NCBI GenBank assembly: GCA_943704425.1
Contig: CALSCP010000795.1
Span: forward strand, 1 to 37,190
DNA: 37,190 nt
Origin: Ministeria vibrans ATCC 50519
Lineage: Eukaryota > Protista > Filasterea
Reading direction: 5' to 3'
Made by a program: the position numbers and the translations under genes
Shown: positions 14,848-24,176 of the stretch, piece after piece
Position numbering within the stretch: position 1 is the first letter of the stretch
How the letters are laid out: each line of letters begins with the position of its first letter
The notes under the pieces: generated by a model
What the model saw: only the letters and a program-made list of their open reading frames with translations
What the model was told of the DNA's origin: nothing
Database searches by the model: none

Positions 14848-16140
14848 TTTCTTTCTGTAGGCTTGCAACGATCGAATCGCTGAACACCGGCATAACGCTG
14901 GAAGAGACGCTCACTTCACATTTGCCGGCAACGGTCGACACGCTGCGCTACTATGCCGGCTGGGCTGACAAGTTTGCCGGGAGCCTGCCACCCGCCACGA
15001 CTGCCAACTACCTGACCTACGTAGACCACGTTCCGCTGGGCGTATGCGGCGCGATTCTTCCGTGGAACTATCCCCTGTTGTTGGCCTCGTGGAAGATTGG
15101 TCCAGCGCTTGCGACGGGCAACGCAGTCGTGCTCAAGCCGAGCGAATTGACTCCTCTCACTGCGCTGCGTCTTGCCGAGCTCTCGCTGCTCGCTGGTGTG
15201 CCGGCAGGTGTACTCCAAGTGCTTCCGGGCACAGGTGCGGTAGCTGGCAATGCACTGGCCCGCCACATGGATGTCGACAAGATTGCGTTTACGGGAAGCG
15301 AGCCGACGGGACGGCGCATTATGCAGAGCGCAGCCGAGTCTAATCTGAAGAAGGTCTCACTTGAGCTGGGCGGAAAATCACCGCTGATTGTGTGCGACGA
15401 CGTTGACATTGACTTTGCCGCGCGCTGGGTGGACTCGGCGCTTTTCTCCAACGCCGGCCAAAACTGCTGTGCAGCCAGTCGTGTGCTTGTCGACGAGCGC
15501 ATCTACGAGCAGTTTGTGGCACGTTTGGTTGAACTTGTGGGTACACGCAAAATTGGCGATCCTTTTGACGAGAGTGTGCAGCAGGGACCCGTTGTGGACG
15601 CACGGCAGTATGCGAAAGTGTGCCAAATGATGGAAGCGGCGCATAGGGAGGGAGTGCCCTGTGCTCTGGGGGGTGCCACGGAATTGGCACGAGCACAGCG
15701 CGAGCACACGGGCTTCCAGGTGCCGCCAACCATCTTTACGCATGTTCCTGACACTGCTGCTATCGGCCGCGACGAGGTCTTCGGGCCCATTCTCAGCATT
15801 ATGACGCCCTTTTCAAGCTTTGACTCGGCCATTGCGCGCGCCAACACATCGCCCTTTGGCCTGGCTGCCGGTGTGCTCACGCACGATCTCACCCGTGCCC
15901 TTACGGCCGCCCATACCCTCCGCGCCGGCACCGTCTGGGTTAACTCCTATAACATGTCTGATCCCTCCCTGCCTTTTGGCGGTTTCCGCCGCAGTGGCAT
16001 CGGCCGTGACCTCGGTCAAGACGGTACACACTTCCTCCAAAAAAAATGCATGCAATGATTTCTTGCTTGGCCCTCACTCACACTTTGTTTCATTCTTCTC
16101 GCTCTATATATTATTATCACATGTCACATTGTTTGTTTCT

Positions 16141-16223
<83 letters not shown>

Positions 16224-16348
16224 TCTTCTTCTTCTTCTTCTTCTTCTTCTTCTTCTTCTTCTTCTTCTTCTTCTTTTCCTCTTTAGCACTGAACAATTAC
16301 ACTGAGTCTCGTGCAGTTGTGATTAATTTTGGTGCTCACGTTCCTTAA
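14349..16348 (+). CDS. NAD(P)-dependent aldehyde dehydrogenase (ALDH1/2-like)
   Basis: Proposed exons: 14349-14635, 14861-16023, 16287-16348. Motifs: PWNYP, VLKPSELTP, FTGS, LELGGKSP (catalytic Glu), NAGQNCCA (catalytic Cys), EVFGP, PFGGFRRSGIGRDLG. Confidence 0.96.
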
Positions 16349-16398
16349 AAAGCTCTCAATCAACCAGTGAAAGAACAATAATAATTGTACAAAATTAA

Positions 16399-18764
16399 TT
16401 AATAATAACAATCGACTAGGCTCGATTTCGTCGAAGATACTACACGAAAGGAGTGATATAACATCAGCTATGATAAAAAAAAACAATACTAACAATATTA
16501 TAATAATAATATTATTATAATAATAATAAACAAAATATTCGCATGCTTGCGTGTGTGCGTGTGCATGTTGAGCGTACGTTAAGAAACACATACGGATTGT
16601 CCAGAGCCGATTCAAGTCCCTTCTCTTTGAGTCGCTCAACACACTACAGATGTATTCATTGGGTCAGCGTAGGGTCTCTCTGGCACGTGTTTCTTTTCAT
16701 TAAGACCTGATTAAATTCGTGGGATCGCCCACGACGAAACACTTCAACAAGGTGCTGTGCAGCAATGAGCACGACAGCAGCATCGTCGGCGTGGCGCAGG
16801 GCCAAGAAGAAGGGCCAGCCGACGTCGCCAGCCTCGGCGGGGACACGGTGGGCGCGCGTGAGAAGCAGCGCGGAGGCAATGCGCAACAGACACTGGTGCT
16901 CGGCCCACGTGTGCCGACGGGCAAGGGGCGACGCCACGGAGGTCGTGGAGCGAGCGGTGGGCTCGGGAAGAAGCACGGAGAGGAAGTAGCGGACAAGGGT
17001 CCATGAGGTATGCATAGCAAGGGTGTGTGAGACAACGGCACGGCCCGTGACCACCAGCATGGCAAGGTCATCACGATCACCTCGACTGCTGCCGCTCTGC
17101 CGGTGCTGCTGCTCGTCGCCCTCTTCGTCATTGTCATCGTCTTCAAGCTCGACCGAAATTGCCTCGATAATGAGCTGCACAGCCGCATGGATCACAGCGG
17201 GATCTGTCTCCTTGGCGACCACCAGTGGCTTGAGAGCGCTCTTCAGCTTGTGCACATACTCGGCCGAAGCTACCGGTCCGTGTTTCTCAGAGGCAGTCCA
17301 GCAGTGGCGCAGCAGCAGCGTACGCCACAAATGGACGTAGACGAGACGCACGTCTGGCGACGGATCGGTCGCAAGAGCCATCAGCTCAGGGTCGCGAAGG
17401 GCATCGGCACACGCAAGTCTCAGTGTCGGCGCAAGACGCTGGCGTAAGGCAACTTCCCGCTCGCTCAGAGCCACGTGCGACTGGGCCAGCTCGTCGGCAA
17501 GTAATTCAATTTGATACATGAGAGAAATAAACACAGAGATGGCAGGACCCAGCGCAGCCTTGTGACGCTCGTAAGTGCTCTTTTGTCGAGCCCTCAAAGA
17601 CTGGGGCGCCAGCGAGACGCAATAACGTGTGAGGTACTCGCCAAGCGCAGGTACGGGAAGAATGACACAGGCGCGCTGGAGCACCCAGGCAGCGTCGACA
17701 CTGTGCAGCATGACAAGTACACTTGTCAGATGTGCTTCTCCCACGCTCAGCGAAGGGCTTTTGCGTCGCATCTTGTTGAGCAAGAGAATCACAATGAGGC
17801 GCAGCACAGCCCACCGACCCACGCGCGACTGGGTGTCTCGCAGCACCGACAGCAACCCCACTAGACTACCGTCGTTCTCCCACTCTTCCTCGCCCACTTG
17901 CCATGCCCACAGCAAATGTCCCGACTCTTCCGTTGCAACCTCCTTCTTCACATGTGCTGCTTCGTCGCCTTCGTCGCCCTCGTCGGCCGTCATCGTGTCG
18001 TACTCAACCTCATCGGAGGGGAGCAGCAAGTCAAACAGCGCCGCGTCCCAAGCGACACCTGCTTGACGAAAACTTGCAAGTGCGCACTGTAATACAAGCA
18101 CAAGTGGGCGGACGGTGGTAATGTGCGGCTGCGGTGCGCGCGCACCCAGAAGGCGACCCACAAAGTCGTTGTAGTAGTTGGCGCGATTGACACGACGCAA
18201 CGAGCGTGCGGCCGCCAATGCGGCTTCCCACACAAGCGCACAAGTGTCGTGATGGTGTGCTGCCAGCTCAACAACAAGCAGGTGCAGTGTATCTACGAGG
18301 GTTGCCCACCAGTGGCCAAGCTGGTCGGCGGTCCGGGAGGCGCACTGGTTGACAAGAAGCGAGTACACCACAAACACCAGGCGACGCGACTCGACTTGAT
18401 ACAGGGCACTCACAAGCGTGACAAGAGGTGTGCGCGATAGAATTGGATCGTCGAGACACACGACGGCAGCGAGACGAGACGCGAGACGCTTGAGCGCGCC
18501 GTCAGCCTTGTCGACAAACGCCTCGGCGAGAAGCACGTCTATTCCAGGCGGCCTATTGTCACTAGACGACGCTCGGTGTTCACCCATCGCCCCATCATGC
18601 TCCCCCTGGCCCGCGCCGAACAAGGGAAGCGGCAGGCGAGCTCGCTGTCGCGTTGTTGCCGTCTCGACTAGGGTTGCGTTGTCGCGAGCCAACGCACGAA
18701 TGGTCAATTGAAGCTGGGTGTCTACGTTGACGCTGCGCGTGTACTCGCCAGTGTCGATGGCCAT
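16399..18764 (-). CDS. Uncharacterised Leu/Ala-rich alpha-helical (ARM/HEAT-like) protein
   Basis: Long ORF with a likely ATG at 18764. Proposed exons: 18764-16707, 16643-16578, 16467-16399, joined by phase-0 GT-AG introns to give ...HEFNQ|CVERLKEKGLESALDNPYVFLN|LMLYHSF... The fold call rests on composition only. Confidence 0.65.
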
Positions 18765-18894
18765 GGTGCGGCTCGCTAGCGGTGGACAGAGCGTTGATAT
18801 TGTGTGTACAGAGAGCATACGTCGGAAATAAAACTGTGATTCACCAAACAAAAGTTACAAAAATCAAAATTTATTTGTTGATCACCCAACTATT

Positions 18895-20448
18895 ATGCTG
18901 TATCGCGCACAAGTAGTATACGTGCTGGGCATATTGGCGCCTATGCTTCTTGCCAGCGGGCGCGTGTGTGTCGATCCGCCCGTGCCGGTGGCGTTGACTG
19001 CGCCTCTTCCAGCAACCCTCACGGCCGCGTGGAACGAGCTGGCGGCCAATGTGTCGGCCATTGTGCATCAGCATGACACAGCGAGCCTGATGCTGGCAAT
19101 TGTGTCGGATGATCGTATCATTTTTCAACAGGGCTTTGGACGTTTGAATCGAAGCGATCCTGCGAGCCCTGCACCCGACGCAGACACCCTCTACCGCATT
19201 GGGTCCATCACCAAGACCCTGACGGCGCTTCAAGTGCTGAATTTGACGGCAACTGGGCGCGTTGCGCTCGGAGATGCGCTCACCAAGTTTGTGCCCGAGC
19301 TTGCTATTTTCAATCCGTGGCCCACGGGACGGGCTGTCACGCTGGAACAGATCATTTCGCAGACGTCGGGTCTGCCGCGCTCCTCTCCGTGTCCCCTGGG
19401 CAATCCTAACCTGGGCTGTAACATTACGTTTGCAGAGGCCATTGAGCGCCTGAACGAGCAAACCCTCATTTCACAACCAGGCGCCCAGCCGCAGTATTCT
19501 AATGCTGCCTTCTCGCTCCTGGGTCATGCCATGGCCCGTGTCACCGGTGATCCCTGGGCCAAATCTCTACCACGCGATATCCTTGCGCCGCTTGGCATGA
19601 CGACGACATTCACGTCGTTTGACGAGATTCCCGACAGTGCTCGACACAACCTCGCCGTCGGCTACCACCTGCGCTACTTTCCTTCGCCACAAATGGACGA
19701 TGGTTTTGAATCACCGGCCGGCTCGCTCTACTCCACCGCGGCCGACCTGGCGCGCTTTTTATCGTTTCTCTGTCTCTACGATGGACACACAACGCCCCTT
19801 CTCGATGCTTCGTCCCTTCGCTGGTGGCTGCAGCCCAGCGTGTGGAACAACGACGGCCACACCGGCTGGGGACGTCCATGGGAACTCTTTGGTGGCTACG
19901 GACGCCAGCAAGAGTACACCTTCACCACCAAAGACGGCGGCATCAGCGGCTACCTCTCGCGCATTGGCTTGGTGGCGCCTCTCAAGGCGGGCTTTGTGCT
20001 CCTCCAAAGTGACATGTCCGCCTCTTTTAATCCCGTCGACGAACTCGCACGTGACTTTGTTGCGACCCACGTTGCAGCAGCCATTCGCGCCGCCGCCCCA
20101 CCACCTGTTGTCCCACCGAACGTCAACGATTTCCTGGGGCACTACCTACTTGTCGACGAGTACGTCAGTCCCGTCCCGAAGCTCTTCCATGTCCACATCA
20201 GCCCGACCTCGGGCGCCCTCGTCCTCGGCGGCTGGTCCCAACCCGCACCCGTTTTGCGGCCTCTTCTCTCTCGCCCCGACCTTTTCGTCTCCGAAATGAC
20301 CTCACTGCCCGCCAACGCCACCGACTGCACCTACTACCAACAGGGTGCGCCGGGCAGCGTGCGCTTCCTCCGCCACGCCCTAAACGCCTCGGTGTACGCC
20401 CTTGAGCTCCCGGGTCTCTGGTACGGCTCCCTTGCCCACAAGATGTAG
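18895..20448 (+). CDS. Secreted serine beta-lactamase-related protein (class C/R61 peptidase fold, LACTBL1-like)
   Basis: Intronless 517 aa with a hydrophobic signal peptide. SxxK motif in YRIGSITK, SQTSGLPR, YxN motif in YSNAAFSLLG, PAGSLYSTAADLARF, and KDGG at the KTG/HxG position. Confidence 0.88.
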   Translation: MLYRAQVVYVLGILAPMLLASGRVCVDPPVPVALTAPLPATLTAAWNELAANVSAIVHQHDTASLMLAIVSDDRIIFQQGFGRLNRSDPASPAPDADTLYRIGSITKTLTALQVLNLTATGRVALGDALTKFVPELAIFNPWPTGRAVTLEQIISQTSGLPRSSPCPLGNPNLGCNITFAEAIERLNEQTLISQPGAQPQYSNAAFSLLGHAMARVTGDPWAKSLPRDILAPLGMTTTFTSFDEIPDSARHNLAVGYHLRYFPSPQMDDGFESPAGSLYSTAADLARFLSFLCLYDGHTTPLLDASSLRWWLQPSVWNNDGHTGWGRPWELFGGYGRQQEYTFTTKDGGISGYLSRIGLVAPLKAGFVLLQSDMSASFNPVDELARDFVATHVAAAIRAAAPPPVVPPNVNDFLGHYLLVDEYVSPVPKLFHVHISPTSGALVLGGWSQPAPVLRPLLSRPDLFVSEMTSLPANATDCTYYQQGAPGSVRFLRHALNASVYALELPGLWYGSLAHKM

Positions 20449-20553
20449 GAAAACATTCTCCGTCTCGTTGTTAAACAATAATACATTCCTTTTTCATTTC
20501 TGATGGGGTTTGATACACAACAACAAAAGCACACACACACACACACACACACC

Positions 20554-23500
20554 TCACTTGGTCGCATCCTTCTTGTTCTTCTCCTCTTCGACAACCTCTC
20601 CGTCGCGAATGGTCTCGTCCCCCTCGGCCGTCTTCTTATTCTCTTCTGCGTCAAACTCCATCACAATGCGCTCCTTGGCGTTGACCACCTTGGACATGAG
20701 GTAGAAGGATCCGCCCTTCTTAGGGTCATTCGACTCAAACAAGTGTTTGTAGTTCTGTCAAATACACAGTATTGATCAACTCCTTTGGTTTCTGCAGGGC
20801 ACGGTGGCGGCAAGAGACCCCGCATTGCCTCTCCACCCCTTGCATACCTTTAGGACGTTCTCAAGGGGTTCGCCTGGATTGGTATTTAAGATCTGGTGTG
20901 ACTCGCTCAACGTGATGCCAGCCTACGCAAACAGGGCAATGACAACACCATCCGAGGGCGGGACACGCCGCATATGCGCCTGGTATAGGGTGTATGGGGG
21001 CGCACATGCAGGCAGCACACTCGCATAAGTTTGAGTGGAGACGGATGAAAAAAAAAAAAAAAAAAAAAAAAAAACGAAAAAAATTAATTCACTATCCGGA
21101 TTATATTAGATGTAACAAGAAGTGCCATACAAACGATTGCCAGACACGCATATACATATAAATATTATAACATAAAAAGTACAATCTTAATTTCAGTTGA
21201 GTGAGCGAGAATGGAAAACAAGAAAAAGAGAAACAAAATCGACTTTCGACTCATTTCTAGCGTGATCCGACAATGCCAGCAACCCTCCGTGCTCCTTCCC
21301 TCGCAATGTTGCACATGCAAACAACGTCGCAGGCGAAAAACCACTGATGACATATTTATCGCACTTGACAAAGAAGAAACCTTTTCCCATACCCCACGAC
21401 AGATACTCTAAGTATCGGACGCCCTACTTGCGCATGATGTATCATCATTGTAGTACGTGGTGTGATAATATAGAAAACATATTTGAATTATTATGAATTC
21501 AAGTCATCCAGTGCAAAATGAATACGTGTGACAGTTGGTGCTAGACGCAACGAGACGCGTCTGCCTCAGCCTGACATGTGAAATGTGGCAACACAGACGT
21601 GCCAATCACTCTTCGGTAGAGAAAAGCAATGACACAAAGGTGGCAGTTGAGGAGCGACGCAGGGAGAGGACTCAAGCGGGTGCTGGCAGTGGCGGTGCAC
21701 ATCGACAAGTCCCACCAGCAAACAAAACGAATAATGTACCTTCGCCAACAGACACGTCTGACAGGGTCAGGCGCATTGAAAGAACGCTTCCGTCGCTGTG
21801 TAGACCTTCAACACAACGAGATGTTCCAATGACGCGCGCTTCGCCGGTGCGGATGTAGCGCTTCATGAAGAATTCGTGCATTTCCGAGTAGGGCGGCGGC
21901 ATCAGCATAGAGACGTTCTGCCACGGATCAATCTGTTAGTGGGGAGGGCTCCCTTCTGACGCGAGGCACTGAAGCAGACACATACCTTTCCAATGAGCGA
22001 GCTGGGCTCGTAGCCAAACATGGAGCGGACGGTGTAGTTGACGGAAAGGATATTCCCAATCGAATTGGTCATAATCACAACGTTGCCGCGATTTTCGCTC
22101 GCGACCTGCGCTATGCGTTGACCTATGGGTGCCACACCAGCTCGGGTTTGCATAGTCTCGGCCGGCGGCGACGTTGGTGCGGCGGCAAAAGGGCAGGCGA
22201 CCGCGGGGGTTATGGGGTTGGTTGGCATCAAGGTCGCCGCGCTGCCATCGTCGCTGGCGCTTTCCGACATGATCGAACCCGAGTTGGACGACCCGGGCGT
22301 CAGCCGGAGTCGTTTGACGCCCATGGAAGGCCCCGACTCGCTGTCACTCGTTTCCATTTCGGTGTAAAAAAAATAGTGAAATTTTTTGATTGTCAATTGA
22401 GACACAGATCTCTCATCTGAGACATCACTCACACACATAAAAGCCAAATGAGAATTTAAGGGAAATGATGATACTTTCAAACTAGAGAGCGAATCTTCAC
22501 TACCCGATGACAATCTCAATTCTCTGACCGCCCGTAACCAGCAATAACAGCATGCGGTCCCTGTGACGACTGACGACATTGTCGTAAGATGTTAATCGAA
22601 ATGTAAACCAAAAAATAGGAAACTTCAACAGCTCAGCCGATACTACCAGCCCGTTCGCCCAGACAGGGTTGGGTGGCCCTGCAGCATTGTTGTCCAAACT
22701 ATCTACAGCCCCAACAACGAGCGCACCAGCCGCAATCGCTCTTCAATCGCTCCTCATCCATCGACTGATCGCTCTTCGATCGCTCTCCATTTCCAAATCC
22801 CTCTCCTCGCCGATTCTCCTCGAGTCTAACTCCCAAGACAGCTGCGGCAGTTCGTCAAAGCCCTAAGCCTCCACTGGCATACGGTGTATCATTGCGATTG
22901 CCTCACTGCATAGCGATTGTCCTTCTCCTTTTTTCTTTTCTTTTTAGATCTCGGATCTGGCAAATTAAATTGTGACAGGCTGACAGTAGTGAGTGCAGCA
23001 CCACGCAAAAGAGTTGATTCTTCATATACGTTTATTCAGACAGACTATTTTCGACTGTTTGCTCTGTTGACTTGCTGACTGTTTTACACTAATACACTTG
23101 CTCTGTAGCTGATTAAGTGAAGAAGACATTGATGCTGATGAAATAAAATATAATAATTATCATGTGTACCACGGGAGCGCCCCGCAGCCACCTGGACTTG
23201 CCGCCGCCGACCACCGATCCGATTGCCTCAACCACGACTTCGACTTTACACTCCTTGCCGACAGACACCTTCATTGTCAGAGCCCTAAGCCTCCTCTGGG
23301 GGTATGGCGTACCATTGCGATTGCCTCACTGGATAGCGTCGACACAGCCCTATGACCTACCACTGTTCTCCCATGTTACCTCTAGAGTTTCGGTCGAGTT
23401 TGCAAGGCGGTCTGGCTGTGTCTTCGCGTGGTGACTGTATCATTAATAAATGGGTTGTATTCTTCTTCTTCTAATAATTATCATAAATAAAAATACATGC

Positions 23501-24070
23501 AACCTTCATACAACCCATTGTAACTTTTGTAATGATTAATTATATAGAAGAAGAAGTAGAATTAGTCAATCGGGCTTTAGATTGAAGAACACAACCCAAT
23601 TATGAAAAAGAAAACAAACGAGTGCAACTCATTNNNNNNNNNNAAAAAAAAAAAAAAAAAAAAAAAAAAGTCTCGCGACTTTTCGATTGTCTACTTTTTC
23701 TGTCATACCTTCTTGTCCAACGCTGAGAGTTTATCCACGGTGGCATTGGTCGCACCACCAGCAGCACGAGCAGCAGACTCACGGGCAGCCTCTGTGGGAC
23801 GGCGGGGGAGGGAGGGAGAGGGAGGGGACAGCAGCACAGGACAGCACGACGGATGAGCAAAACGACCACGACTGGTCCGGAAGTAGACTTACCGGCAGCC
23901 GTCTTGGCAATCGCCTCTGTCATGGCTTTCCGTGCCGCTTGTGCCCCAGCAATAGCGAGTCGTGTGAGGATTTGCACGACAATTCTTTGAGGCTATCAAA
24001 ACAAGGCAATCAAAAGACGAGGGAGTCAGAACGCCGGCCAGTATGCATGTACCATCGTCCATCTTACCAT
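20554..24070 (-). CDS. PAM16: Mitochondrial import motor J-like subunit Pam16/Tim16/Magmas
   Basis: Proposed exons: ATG-only at 24070-24068 (alternative 24055-24053), 23992-23893, 23791-23709, 20922-20848, 20754-20554. Spliced product: [28 protein letters not shown]...DKK|[14 protein letters not shown]...LK|[30 protein letters not shown]. GGSFYLxSKV is the Pam16 hallmark, and all intron phases are compatible. Confidence 0.92.
21672..22357 (-). CDS. Stand-alone FixL-like heme-PAS domain protein, nested in PAM16 intron 3
   Basis: Proposed exons: 22357-21986 and 21917-21672. The 3' end is uncertain because a further donor near 21740 is possible. The spliced PAS reads [31 protein letters not shown]|[53 protein letters not shown], matching the FixL pattern IGxNVxxLMPxPxxxxHxxYxxRYxxTxxxxIIGxGRxVxGxRxDG. 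Confidence 0.85.
22854..23338. repeat. Two diverged ~62-bp direct repeats (22854-22915, 23276-23338)
   Basis: gtcaaagccctaagcctccactgg-catacggtgtatcattgcgattgcctcactgcatagcg versus gtcagagccctaagcctcctctgggggtatggcgtaccattgcgattgcctcactggatagcg. Confidence 0.85.
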
Positions 24071-24176
24071 TCTGTCAAAGCACACGTAATAATAAAGAAA
24101 ACTGAAACAAAATTGATCGACAGGTTCGACACGAATAAGATCAATATTCAATGTACATATCAAAACGTTTGCTCTG
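24071..24176. promoter_or_regulatory. Probable bidirectional promoter PAM16/TAF7
   Basis: Only ~106 bp of AT-rich sequence separates the divergent start codons. Confidence 0.6.

Noticed and set aside
21076-21530. Possible snoRNA or small ORFs in AT-rich intronic DNA
   Set aside because: There are only isolated ATGATG-like words, with no convincing C/D box pair, terminal stem or coding signal.
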